Of a DNA stretch of 64,000 nucleotides, positions 8,672 through 17,997 are shown piece by piece. Position 1 is the first letter of the stretch. Each line of letters opens with the position of its first letter. This stretch comes from an uncultured Actinomycetes bacterium (lineage in GTDB: Bacteria; Actinomycetota; Geothermincolia; Geothermincolales; RBG-13-55-18). The translations under genes were made by a program, and so were the position numbers. The stretch lies in contig CAKZMC010000060.1 in NCBI GenBank assembly GCA_937128055.1, forward strand, positions 687 to 64,686, written 5' to 3'. Below the pieces are notes generated by a model. The model was not told where the DNA came from, ran no database searches, and worked only from the letters and a program-made list of their open reading frames with translations.

Positions 8672-9835
8672 TCAGGCCTGGCGAGGAGGTCGGCCCTCGC
8701 CCAGGACGGCATGCACCTCCGGCATGAGCTCGCTCACCTTTATGGCTTGAGGGCACTTCTCCTCGCACTCGCCGCACTGCGTGCAGGCGGCGGCCCGCTC
8801 CTTCTCCTCGAGGAACCTGTGGTAGCGGAAGCGCGGCGTGAGCTGGTCGTCGTACATGACCAGGCTGTTGTAGAGCGCGAACACCTCCGGGATGTTCACC
8901 CCGCTGGGACAGGGCATGCAGTAGCCGCAGGCGGTGCAGGGGACGGCCGCACGCTCCGCGAATTTGCCGCGCACCTTTTCCAGGAGGGCGAGCTCCTCCG
9001 CGTTCAGGGCATGGGTGGCGGAAAGCTCCGCGGTAAGGAGGTTCTCCTCCAGTTGCTGCATGTCGCTCATGCCGCTGAGCACCACCGAGATCCCGGGTTG
9101 CTCCCAGAGCCAGAGCAGCGCCCACTGCGCGGGAGTGCGCCGCACGGGGAAACCCTCGAAGATGGCGGCGATCTCCCGCGGCGGACGGGCCAGGTTGCCG
9201 CCCAGCAGCGGCTCCATGACCACCACCGGCAGCCCTTTCTCCGCGGCGTATGACAGGCCTCGCGTCCCGGCCTGGTTCTCGGTGTCCATGTAGTTGTACT
9301 GGATCTGGCAGAGGGCCCAGCCTTCGTAGCCGTCCACGATCTCCTTGAAGGTGGCGAAGTCGTCGTGGAAGGAGAAGCCGATGCCGCCGATGCGGCCGTC
9401 TTTCACCGCGGCCTCCGCCCTGGCGAGCAGCCCGAGCTCCCCGATGGCCTCCCATCTCCTCGCGTTCAGGCCGTGGAAGAGGTAGTACTCGATGTGGTCC
9501 GTCCGCAGTCTGCGCATCTGCTCGGCGAGGAAGCGGTCGAAGTCCTCGCCCCTCTCCACCATCCATACCGGGCACTTGGTGGCAAGCCTCACCTGCTCCC
9601 GGTACCCTCCGCGCAGGAACTCGCCCAGCAGCGCCTCGCTCTTACCGTTGTGGTAGGTGTAGGCGCTGTCCAGGTAGTTGACGCCGCTCTCGATGGCGTG
9701 GTGGACCATCGCCTCCGCTTCCTCCACGTTGACGTTCTCGCTGATGGGAATGGCATCCAAGGTGGGGAAGCGCATGCATCCGAAACCGAGGATGGAGACC
9801 TCCCAGCCGCTCCTCCCGAATTCACGGTACTGCAT
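8672..9835 (-). CDS. Aldo/keto reductase with C-terminal 2x[4Fe-4S] ferredoxin-like domain
   Basis: MQYREFGRSGWEVSILGFGCMRF...YLDSAYTYHNGKSE (AKR N-terminal motifs). C-terminal Cys clusters CTACGYCMPCPSG and CTQCGECEEKCPQ. ATG at 9833-9835 preceded by GGAGGG. Confidence 0.85.
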   Translation of the reverse strand: MQYREFGRSGWEVSILGFGCMRFPTLDAIPISENVNVEEAEAMVHHAIESGVNYLDSAYTYHNGKSEALLGEFLRGGYREQVRLATKCPVWMVERGEDFDRFLAEQMRRLRTDHIEYYLFHGLNARRWEAIGELGLLARAEAAVKDGRIGGIGFSFHDDFATFKEIVDGYEGWALCQIQYNYMDTENQAGTRGLSYAAEKGLPVVVMEPLLGGNLARPPREIAAIFEGFPVRRTPAQWALLWLWEQPGISVVLSGMSDMQQLEENLLTAELSATHALNAEELALLEKVRGKFAERAAVPCTACGYCMPCPSGVNIPEVFALYNSLVMYDDQLTPRFRYHRFLEEKERAAACTQCGECEEKCPQAIKVSELMPEVHAVLGEGRPPRQA

Positions 9836-10019
9836 GGCTTGCCCTCCGTTCCGTGACGTTTTTCCCGCGCCTGCCAGCGGAATCGCGAGCACACCCCGTG
9901 GGCGAGGTCGCGGGACGCCATAAAACATTATAGCGGCAACACCGCGCAGGAGGAGCCAAGACGCAGGGCCGGGTGGGCCTGCGTCTCCTGCCCGGCGCGG
10001 CGAACGGGCGCCCTCGCCG

Positions 10020-11924
10020 CTAGATGCCCAGCGCTTTCCGCCTCTCCTCGATGTGCGCCAGCATGTTCTCCGCAGCTTCCACGGGGTCCTTCTCCAGGTG
10101 GAGCTGCCCGCCGGTTAGATCGCGGCACCCCTGCGTGAGGAGTTCCACGAGGTTGGGCGCGCCGGTGACGGTGGGCACCGGGTTGACGTAGGTGTAGAGG
10201 CCTAGGGCGAGAGCGAAGATGGCGTCGATGGTGGCCTTCTGCTCCATGTATTCCGGCGCGGCGGCGACCACGGGAAGGTCTGGAATGGGAATTCCTCCCA
10301 GGGCGCCGGAGACCGCCGCCAGGAGGTCGGCGACGCGGCCGGTGTCCGTGCAGGTCCCGTAGCTCAGCACGGGGGGCACCCCCAGCTTTTCGCACAGGCC
10401 TCTGAGGCCGGGCCCCGCCAGTTCCGCCGCCTGCGGAGCGCACAGGCCGGATACCTGCATGGCCGCGTTGCCGCATCCCATGGAGAGGATGATGATGTCC
10501 CGCGCGATGAGCTCCCTGGCCACCGCCACGCTGTGCGCGTCCTGGCCGCTGTCCCGCAGCGAGGTGCAGGAGACCAGGCCGGCGACCCCTCTTATGCTGC
10601 CGTCCTTGAGGGCCGCGAGGAGGGGATCGAGGCTCCCGCCCAGCGCCTCCAGGATGCTCTCGGTGGAGAAGCCGACCACCGCTTCCCTCAGCGGCTGGCC
10701 GGTGATGGGCTCCACGGCGCGGCGCCGCTCCGCGAAGTTGGCGATGGCCATCTCCAGGAGGCGCGCCGCCTGCTCCTCCGCCTTCTCGGGGTGGTAGTCA
10801 AGCCGCTCCTCCACTCCCTCGAAGGCCACCAGGTCGCTCACCGGGATGAGCTTGAAGCGGTAGCGCTCGGCGTAGATGGGGTCGACGGGCATGGAACAGT
10901 TCATGTCGGCTGCGAAGAGGTCCACGCAGCCCGAGGAGAGCACCGCCTCCTGCATGATCCAGTTGCCGGTGAAGCCGTGGAAAGCGTCGTCCATCTGCCA
11001 GCGCTGGATCATCTCCTGCCCGGTCTCGATGCAGGCGATGACGCGCAGCCCCTTCGCCCCGGCCGCCCGCGCCTTTTCCTGCCACGCGGGCTTGCGCGCC
11101 AGCTGCACCATGGCGAAGCCCAGGAAGGGCTCGTGCCCGTTGGGCAGCGCGTTCACGTAGTCGGGATCGAGCACCCCCAGGTCCACGCGCATGGGGTGGG
11201 GGCGCGGGATGCCGAAGAGCACGTCCTGGCAGTACTCGTTGACCACCTGGCTCTGGTAGGCCATGGCGATGCCCATGCGCATGGCCTTGAGCGCCAGGCT
11301 GGCGTAGTGGCCGTCGACATTGGTGAGGCAGGAGCTGGTGACGCGCATCATCTCACCGTAGATGCCTCCCGGGAAGATACCCAGTTTTTTCCATATCTCT
11401 CTGCGCTCCGGGGTGGCCAGGGCCTCCACGATGAGGCTGGGCTCGTCCGCCTTGCGGTTGAAGTCGGCCTCGCAGAGATCGCACAGGCGCAAGGCCACCT
11501 CGGCATCGCTTCCCGAGACATCCACCCCGAGGCGCGAGGCGAAGTCACGGAGCTTGCCGGGTTCGCTCATGGCGAAGGGCGACTTTCCCCGTGCCGTGGC
11601 CCGCAGGGTCTTCAGGGTCTGCTCCGTGTGGTAATGGTAGGTGGAAGCGCCCATGACGTTACGCAGGGCCATCATGCGCATGGCCATGCCGTCGGCGGTG
11701 ATGCCGCACACGCCGCGCTTGTCCTTGGCGGCGTCGGCGCGGCAGGGACCGTTGGAACACAGGTCGCAGCGCACCCCGCCCATGCAGAAGGGGCACCTCT
11801 TGTCGGGGTCGTCGCCCAGGCCCTGCGCCTGGTAGCGGTCCCAGATGTTGGTGATGCCCGCTTCCCTGATGCGCCGGTATGCCCTGCGCACCGACTCGTG
11901 ATGGGAGATACGCGCCTCTTCCAT
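10020..11924 (-). CDS. cooS: Ni-dependent carbon monoxide dehydrogenase catalytic subunit, CooS family
   Basis: N-terminal B/D-cluster motif CPFCMGGVRCDLCSNGPCR matches CooS C-G-F-G-x2-G-x-C-C-x2-C-x2-GPCR spacing. About 635 aa with Cys/His ligand-rich C-terminal half. Start placed at the third ATG (MEEARISHH), which has AAGGAGG 7 nt upstream. Confidence 0.75.
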   Translation of the reverse strand: MEEARISHHESVRRAYRRIREAGITNIWDRYQAQGLGDDPDKRCPFCMGGVRCDLCSNGPCRADAAKDKRGVCGITADGMAMRMMALRNVMGASTYHYHTEQTLKTLRATARGKSPFAMSEPGKLRDFASRLGVDVSGSDAEVALRLCDLCEADFNRKADEPSLIVEALATPERREIWKKLGIFPGGIYGEMMRVTSSCLTNVDGHYASLALKAMRMGIAMAYQSQVVNEYCQDVLFGIPRPHPMRVDLGVLDPDYVNALPNGHEPFLGFAMVQLARKPAWQEKARAAGAKGLRVIACIETGQEMIQRWQMDDAFHGFTGNWIMQEAVLSSGCVDLFAADMNCSMPVDPIYAERYRFKLIPVSDLVAFEGVEERLDYHPEKAEEQAARLLEMAIANFAERRRAVEPITGQPLREAVVGFSTESILEALGGSLDPLLAALKDGSIRGVAGLVSCTSLRDSGQDAHSVAVARELIARDIIILSMGCGNAAMQVSGLCAPQAAELAGPGLRGLCEKLGVPPVLSYGTCTDTGRVADLLAAVSGALGGIPIPDLPVVAAAPEYMEQKATIDAIFALALGLYTYVNPVPTVTGAPNLVELLTQGCRDLTGGQLHLEKDPVEAAENMLAHIEERRKALGI

Positions 11925-12050
11925 GATCATCCCCTCCTTCACTGTCCGTTAGGGTTTAATCTTTCCCCCTCCGCCCCTTATCGCAAACAACGGGCAAGGC
12001 CGGGGCCTGACCCCGTTCATGTTTGACCTGACGGGGTCCGGACACGGCGC

Positions 12051-12389
12051 TCACAGGATCCTGGTCTCCTCGCGGGGCCTGGGCGCTTTGACCACCAGCA
12101 CGCGCAGGTCTTTTTCCCCGCCGTTCATCCAGCGGTGGGGGATGTGCGCGGGGCTCTCCACCAGGTTGTCCCTGCCGACCCTGCGCCTCTCTTCCCCTAT
12201 CTCCACCGTCCCTTCCCCTTCCAGGACGTAGAAGAAGACGTCCACCGGGGTGACATGGCGTTTGAGGCTCTCGCCGGGGCGGAGCAGGATGTGCACCGCC
12301 TGCGCATGTTCGTTGTCGTATATCCTGCTGGCATGCACGCCATGCGGGTTGGGTGCCGGCGCCGCCTTGAGGACATCCACCACCTTCAT
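12051..12389 (-). CDS. Cupin-domain protein
   Basis: MKVVDVLKAAPAPNPHGVHASRIYDNEHAQAVHILLRPGESLKRHVTPVDVFFYVLEGEGTVEIGE: cupin two-motif pattern. Start at the internal ATG; the upstream extension MIYVIDIYITLTYIVAI lies in the AT-rich promoter region. Confidence 0.7.
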   Translation of the reverse strand: MKVVDVLKAAPAPNPHGVHASRIYDNEHAQAVHILLRPGESLKRHVTPVDVFFYVLEGEGTVEIGEERRRVGRDNLVESPAHIPHRWMNGGEKDLRVLVVKAPRPREETRIL

Positions 12390-12525
12390 CTCCACGCCTC
12401 CCTTTTCAAGACTGCCCCGAATGGCCACAATATATGTTAGAGTAATATATATGTCAATAACATATATCATATGTTAGAATATTTGAGAGGCAAGGTTACG
12501 GGGCCGGGAAGCGGGGGAGAGGAAT
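12390..12525. promoter_or_regulatory. AT-rich divergent promoter/operator region between cupin and PadR genes, with repeated ATATGTTAGA and ATATAT motifs
   Basis: Sharp GC drop. Sequence ATATATGTTAGAGTAATATATATGTCAATAACATATATCATATGTTAGAATAT holds two copies of (C)ATATGTTAGA flanking TATATA boxes. Typical layout for PadR autoregulation. Confidence 0.35.
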
Positions 12526-12915
12526 ATGGACAAGAGGAAGAACGGCGGCCGCGACCTCCTGACTGACGTGGAGACCTACATGCGCGAGGGGCCGGGAAAG
12601 CGCTTCCTCGAGCCGCGCTTGCTCTTCCTCCTCAGAAAGGGCCGCGCCCACGGGTACGAGCTGATTCAGCGCATGGGGGAGGTCCCCCTGCCGGGGCCAT
12701 TGCCCGACACGGGAGCCGTCTACCGCGCGCTGCGCCGGATGGAGCAGGAGGGGCTGGTCGCCTCGCGCTGGGCGGAGACGCAGAGGGGGCCGCGGAGGAA
12801 GGTCTACCGCATCACGGCCGAGGGAAGGAAGAGACTCGCCGTGTGGGCGGAGGCCATGCGGGGAAGGGTGGCGATGCTGCAGCGTTTTCTCGCGCTCTAC
12901 GACGAGGAGAGATGA
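12526..12915 (+). CDS. PadR-family transcriptional regulator
   Basis: RLLFLLRKGRAHGYELIQRM...GAVYRALRRMEQEGLV...RKVYRITAEGRKRL: the PadR winged-HTH signature. Confidence 0.85.
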   Translation: MDKRKNGGRDLLTDVETYMREGPGKRFLEPRLLFLLRKGRAHGYELIQRMGEVPLPGPLPDTGAVYRALRRMEQEGLVASRWAETQRGPRRKVYRITAEGRKRLAVWAEAMRGRVAMLQRFLALYDEER

Positions 12916-13384
12916 GCCGGGAGGAGGCCGCGGGCGTGCGCCGGGGCGCGTGGCCGGGTCCGGCTCGAGCGGGTTAACCGGGGACCCGGTGCTCCGGCTA
13001 AAGGATACGTGCGGCGCCGCGGGAAGGGTTTGCGGCGCCCCTCGCCCCCTGGAGGCTCGCTGCCGGCTTGCCGAAGGGAGGAACGGGTGGCGGCCGTACG
13101 CTCGTGCGCGAGGCCCGTCCCCGCGAGGAAGATGCCGGCTTGCCGTAACCCGGAAAACCGATGCTCGCGGCGGAGGACGAGCGCGATGACGTTTGTGGAC
13201 CCGGGCACTTGGCCGGGCGCCAGGGAACGGGGAGAGCGCGCCGTGCCACGCAGGCGCCTCTTTCCTCCCGGGAACCTTCCTCCCGGGAAGCGGGGCGGGG
13301 AGAGCTGCGACATTGGCGTCCGGGGCGGAGACGAGTATAATCCTTCCTCGTGTACGGCGAAGCACAGTTGAAAGGCGAGATGAT

Positions 13385-14707
13385 TTGAAGCTGCACCTGA
13401 TAGCCCCGACCAAGCAGGGAGAGAGGTACCTTTTCAGCGAGGGGCTCCTGGCCCCCCTTGGCCTCATGTACCTCGCGGCCCACACCCCGCCGGAGGTCGA
13501 GGTGCGCCTCATCGACGAGAACACCGAGCGTATCGACTTCTCGGAGGCGCCCGACCTGGTGGGCATCACCACCATGACCGCAACCGCGCCGCGCGCCTAC
13601 GAGATCGCGCGCCGCTACCGCGGGCAGGGGGCCAAGGTGGTGCTGGGAGGCATTCACGCCTCCATGGTGCCCGAGGAAGCGCTGCGCTACGCGGACGCGG
13701 TGGTGGTCGGCGAGGCGGAGAATGTCTGGCCGCGGGTACTGGAAGACTTCGAGGCGGGACGGCTTGAGCCCTTGTACCGCCAGGAGGGGCATATAGAATT
13801 CAAACGTCCCGTCCCGCCCCGCCGGGACATCATCAACCACCGTCGCTACTGGAGCGCAAACGGGGTGCAGACCGCGCGCGGCTGTCCCCACGGCTGCAAC
13901 TTCTGCTCGGTGACCGCCTTCAACGGCAGGCGCCTGCGCGAGCGCGACGTGGACAACGTGCTCGCGGAGGTCGAATCCCTGCCGCGCGGCAACCGTATAC
14001 GCCGCAAGGTGATCCCTTTCGTCGACGACAATATCGCGGCCAACCCCCGCCGCGCCAAGGAGCTCTTCAAGGGGCTCATCCCCATGAACGTCAGGTGGGG
14101 GTCCCAGGCGTCGATAACCTTCGCCAGGGACGAGGAGCTGGTGGCGCTGGCGGCGGAGAGCGGATGCCACTTCCTCTTCGTCGGCCTGGAGAGCATGTCA
14201 CGCAGGGCGCTTGCGGAGATGGGCAAGAGCCAGAACAAGGTGGAGGAATACGCCGATGCGCTGCGCCTGCTCAGGAAGTACGACATCCACGTCATGGGCG
14301 CCTTCGTGTTCGGCTTCGATTGCGACGACGAATCCTCGTTTGTGGAAACCCTGGACTTCGCCATGCGCAACAAGATCCAGGTTGCTCAGTTCGCGTACCT
14401 CGTCCCCTACCCCGGCACGCGCCTCTACCGCGAACTGCTGGCGGAGGGCCGCGTGGAGTCGGAGTTCTGGTTCGAGCCCTCCTGGGACAGCAGGGTGGTG
14501 TACGATCCGAAGAACTTCAGCGCCGAATGGCTGGCCGACCGCACCCACGAGGTACAGCGCAGCTTCTACTCCTACGCCTCCATCGCCAGGCGCATCTACC
14601 TGCACCGCCACTTGAGCTACTGGCTCGCCTTCAACCTCCTCTACCGCCACTCCCTCCGCAACGGCCGTTCCTGCGAGGTGGGCGAACACGCCGCCGTTCC
14701 CGCTTAG
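13385..14707 (+). CDS. B12-binding-domain radical SAM protein (class B rSAM), function unknown
   Basis: N-terminal cobalamin-binding Rossmann-like region (KLHLIAPTKQ...VGITTMTATAPRAYEIARRYRGQGAKVVLGGIHAS). rSAM cluster TARGCPHGCNFCSV. Likely TTG start at about 13385; the start is uncertain by tens of nt. Confidence 0.75.
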   Translation: MKLHLIAPTKQGERYLFSEGLLAPLGLMYLAAHTPPEVEVRLIDENTERIDFSEAPDLVGITTMTATAPRAYEIARRYRGQGAKVVLGGIHASMVPEEALRYADAVVVGEAENVWPRVLEDFEAGRLEPLYRQEGHIEFKRPVPPRRDIINHRRYWSANGVQTARGCPHGCNFCSVTAFNGRRLRERDVDNVLAEVESLPRGNRIRRKVIPFVDDNIAANPRRAKELFKGLIPMNVRWGSQASITFARDEELVALAAESGCHFLFVGLESMSRRALAEMGKSQNKVEEYADALRLLRKYDIHVMGAFVFGFDCDDESSFVETLDFAMRNKIQVAQFAYLVPYPGTRLYRELLAEGRVESEFWFEPSWDSRVVYDPKNFSAEWLADRTHEVQRSFYSYASIARRIYLHRHLSYWLAFNLLYRHSLRNGRSCEVGEHAAVPA

Positions 14708-15882
14708 CCTGAGCCCTCACCCTTTAACCTGCGGGCACGCCCGCCGGGTAGAGTGACGGTGAACGAGGGGTCGCGTCCGGTGGCGGTGCGGTAAAGGGAA
14801 GGCACCTTCTCGAGGTAGGCGGGAACGGCGTTCCCGTCGATGAGCGCGACGACGCATCCCCCGAAGCCGGCGCCGGTCATGCGGCAGCCCCATACCCCCC
14901 TTTGCGCGAGCGATATCTCCTGCAGCGCGTCGAGCTCGGGGCAGGAGACCTCGTAGAGATCGCGCAGGGAGGCGTGGGAGAGATTGAGGAGATTCCCCAG
15001 GGACTCCACGTCCCCTTCCTGCAGGGAGCGCGCCGCCCGCGCGACCCTGCGACTTTCCTCCACTACGTGGCGGGCGCGCCGCAGCAGCGTCTCGGGAAGG
15101 TGGGGAGCGGCGGCGGCGAGCTCCTCCTCCGTCACGCGGCCCAGGCATGCCCGCTCGCCGACCACCCCGCATATGATGCGCAGCGCCTCCTCGCACTCCC
15201 TCCTCCGTAGCTGGTAGGGTGATCCGGCGAGGGTGCGCCGGACGCCGGTGTGTCCCACCAGGATGGAGACCCCCGGCAGGTTATAAGGTATGTGCCGGTA
15301 GGACAGGGAAGCGCAATCCAGCAGGAGCAGGTGCGAGGAGCGGGCCAGCGACACCGCGTACTGGTCCATGATGCCGCAGGGGACGCCCACGAACTCGCTT
15401 TCCGCGCGCCAGGCCGCCCTCGCGGCCTCCTCGCCGCTCAGCTCCGTGCCCGCCAGGGAGGCGGCGGCGATCGCCGTTGCCACCTCCAGGGAGGCGGAGG
15501 AGGAGAGCCCTGCCTCCAGGGGAAGGTCCCCGCAGTAGAGGGCGTCGAAGGGCGGCGGATCGCACATCTCTTCCCGCAGCGCGTGCAGGACGGCGCGCAC
15601 GTAGTCCGCCCAGTCCCCGGCGGGATGGAGGTGCCCCGGGGAGATCTTCACCATATGCGGGTTGCGGCTGGAAAGCAGCAGCATGGGATAATCTTCCTTT
15701 TTCCGGACGAAGAGGAAGGTGCCCTGCTCGCAGGCCAGGGGCAGCACCAGCCCCCCGTTATAGTCGGTGTGCTCGCCGATGAGGTTCACGCGGCCGGGCG
15801 CGAAGAAGAGGCCGGGCTCCTCTCCTTCCCCGAATCGTTCGCGGAAGAGCCGCCGGTGCTCCTCGATCTCCCGCTCACGCAA
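14704..15882 (-). CDS. galK: Galactokinase (GHMP kinase)
   Basis: GRVNLIGEHTDYNGG (galactokinase signature), GHMP motif PLEAGLSSSASLEVATA, C-terminal GAGFGGC. Confidence 0.85.
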   Translation of the reverse strand: MREREIEEHRRLFRERFGEGEEPGLFFAPGRVNLIGEHTDYNGGLVLPLACEQGTFLFVRKKEDYPMLLLSSRNPHMVKISPGHLHPAGDWADYVRAVLHALREEMCDPPPFDALYCGDLPLEAGLSSSASLEVATAIAAASLAGTELSGEEAARAAWRAESEFVGVPCGIMDQYAVSLARSSHLLLLDCASLSYRHIPYNLPGVSILVGHTGVRRTLAGSPYQLRRRECEEALRIICGVVGERACLGRVTEEELAAAAPHLPETLLRRARHVVEESRRVARAARSLQEGDVESLGNLLNLSHASLRDLYEVSCPELDALQEISLAQRGVWGCRMTGAGFGGCVVALIDGNAVPAYLEKVPSLYRTATGRDPSFTVTLPGGRARRLKGEGSG

Positions 15883-15884
15883 GG

Positions 15885-16880
15885 TCAGGCGCCCTCCTCC
15901 CCGCCGGGCCGTCTCTCCGTCGCGGCGCGCGCTTTCTCCACCGCCCTCCGCAGCTCCGCCGCCTTTTCCTCGGGAACGGTGGTGTTGATGTGCGCCCAGG
16001 CGCCGGTCTCCGAGGAGGCGCTGAATTTCAACTTGTCGCGGTCACGCAGCGGCGGGTAGAACTCCACGTGGAAATGGTAATAAGGGTAATCTCTCCCGTC
16101 GGTGGGGGTCTGGTGCATGCACATCATGAAGGGGAAAGGGAAGCCGAAGAGCGCGTCGTAGCCGCCCACCACGCGCTTCAAGGCCAGGGCGAGGCCGCGC
16201 GCTTCTTCCTCGCCCATCTCCGCCAGGGACCCGAAATGGCGGTCGGGAACGATGAAGACGTCGTACCCGTACTGGGCGAAGGAGGGCAGGAAGGCCGTGA
16301 ATCCCTCCGCGGCGTGAATGATACGAGACCCCTCCCCGCGCTCGCGTCGCAGCAGGTCGCAGAGGAGGCAGCTCCCCTTTTCCCGCCAGTGGCCCTCGCA
16401 GGAGGCCAGCTCCACCTGCAGGCGCTGGGGTACGAAGGGGTAGGCGTAGATCTGGCCGTGGGGGTGGTGGATGGTGACTCCCACCGCCTCCCCGCGGTTC
16501 TCGAAGATGAGCACGTACTCGATGCCGGGAAGATTTCCCAGTTCCTGGTAACGCGCGCGCCAGTGCTCCACCAGTCTCACCAGGTGCTCGAGGGGGAGCT
16601 CGGGGAGGGTGACGTCGTGGCAGGGCGAATAGAGGGTGATCTCGCACTTGCCGATGCTGGGCCGCACGGGCAGGAGGTCATCGCCCCGCAGGCTCGGCTC
16701 GGGCGGGTCGGGCAACAGGGCGGGGAAATCGTTGTCGTAGGCGAGGATATCGTAGCCTTCCGGCACCTTGCCCGAAGAGGGGCAGAAAGGGCAGGCGCCC
16801 TCCGGCAGCAGAGGCCTTTCCTGGCGCTGTGCGGCCACCATGGTCCAGGTGCGCAGGAGCGGGTGCCAGCGAAGCTCCAT
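15885..16880 (-). CDS. galT: Galactose-1-phosphate uridylyltransferase
   Basis: CPFCPSSGK zinc site, HPHGQIY active-site HPH motif. Start at MELRWHPLL; the track ORF's long upstream extension is a Pro/Arg-rich artefact. Its stop overlaps the galK start. Confidence 0.85.
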   Translation of the reverse strand: MELRWHPLLRTWTMVAAQRQERPLLPEGACPFCPSSGKVPEGYDILAYDNDFPALLPDPPEPSLRGDDLLPVRPSIGKCEITLYSPCHDVTLPELPLEHLVRLVEHWRARYQELGNLPGIEYVLIFENRGEAVGVTIHHPHGQIYAYPFVPQRLQVELASCEGHWREKGSCLLCDLLRRERGEGSRIIHAAEGFTAFLPSFAQYGYDVFIVPDRHFGSLAEMGEEEARGLALALKRVVGGYDALFGFPFPFMMCMHQTPTDGRDYPYYHFHVEFYPPLRDRDKLKFSASSETGAWAHINTTVPEEKAAELRRAVEKARAATERRPGGEEGA

Positions 16881-17041
16881 CGGTTCGCCCCCTTCGCTTT
16901 CCGGTCCGCTTGAGGAGGGCCCTTCGCGGCCTCTTGCCGCAAAGGTGGCCCTATCGATTATAGGGCACGGCGATCCGGAAACGAAACGTGAGCGGGGCCT
17001 AGCCCCGCGCGTGCCCGGGCATGGGCGTGGCCTGACCCCAC

Positions 17042-17728
17042 CTATGCCTGGTAGGGGAGGCGGGTTTCCAGGCGCATCTCGCGCCCCCGCCACGTGGCCA
17101 GGTAGGGGATGATCTCCACGCCCTCACCCGCGGCACGGTCGAGGGTGGCGGCGAAGAGGGGGTCGGTTCCACGGTTGGCGGAGAAGGCCCTGCCGCCGGG
17201 GTGCTTGACCACGAAAACCGCGCAGGCACGCATCCCCCTCCTGCGCGCCTCCATCAATTCCTCGAGGTGGCGGGAGCCCCGTGCCGTGGGCGCGTCCGGG
17301 AAGAGGGCCAGGCCGCCTACGGAAAGGGTGCACCCCTTGACCTCCACCAGGCAGGGAGGGCCCTCGCCCTCGAGGAGGAAGTCGAGGACGCTGCTTCCGT
17401 GGCGGTATTCCGGGATGATGCGCGTAACCTTGGTAAACTCTTCCAGCCATCCTGCGCGCACCGCCTCGGCGAAGAGGAGATTGGGGAGACGGGAGTCGAT
17501 GTTCACCCAACCTTCCCGGCACGCCACGCCGATGAGGTCCCAGGAGGTGCGGCGGCCCTTTCCGGCGGCCGGCCTCAGGCGCGCGTCCGCGCCGGGCACC
17601 AGGAGCTCCTGCAGCCGGCCCGGGTCGGGAACGTGCGCCTCCTCGCGCACGCCGCCCACCTCGACGACCGCCAGGAAGCGGTTGGGCCTTTCCAGGAACA
17701 CGGCGTCCTTCCAGGTTCCTACGTCCAT
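17042..17728 (-). CDS. sfsA: Sugar fermentation stimulation protein SfsA
   Basis: MDVGTWKDAVFLERPNRFLAVVEVGG...CLVEVKGCTL...FVVKHPGGRAFSAN matches the SfsA family. Start at an internal ATG; the track ORF's first 91 aa are not SfsA-like. Confidence 0.75.
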   Translation of the reverse strand: MDVGTWKDAVFLERPNRFLAVVEVGGVREEAHVPDPGRLQELLVPGADARLRPAAGKGRRTSWDLIGVACREGWVNIDSRLPNLLFAEAVRAGWLEEFTKVTRIIPEYRHGSSVLDFLLEGEGPPCLVEVKGCTLSVGGLALFPDAPTARGSRHLEELMEARRRGMRACAVFVVKHPGGRAFSANRGTDPLFAATLDRAAGEGVEIIPYLATWRGREMRLETRLPYQA

Positions 17729-17997
17729 GTAGCCAAGGATACCCGGTGCGGGCAGTGCTTGCCATGACGCGAGCGGGGGCCGGAGGGCCTGCCCCTTGGC
17801 GGCCTTGGAGGGGCGGCTGTCCCCGCTCGCGGGAAGGGCGCCGCCGGCCGCGAGCTCCCGCGGCGGGGATGCCCTTTCGCAGGCGCGGAGACGTCCCGCC
17901 GGCGCGCTATGCGCGGGGATGAGGGACAAGGTGAACCCCCCTCCGCAGCGGTCCGTCCGGCGTGCGGGAACGGGACGCCGTCGCCACCCGGGGTCGC

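Noticed and set aside
8469-9575. 368-aa minus-strand ORF
   Set aside because: The body is a wrong-frame overlap of the AKR gene (Gly/Arg/Pro-rich). Only its final 47 codons are real, as the N-terminus of the Prx-like gene.
12496-14170. Minus-strand ORFs of 359 and 390 aa
   Set aside because: Antisense to PadR and the B12-rSAM gene. Arg/Pro/Gly-rich artefacts.
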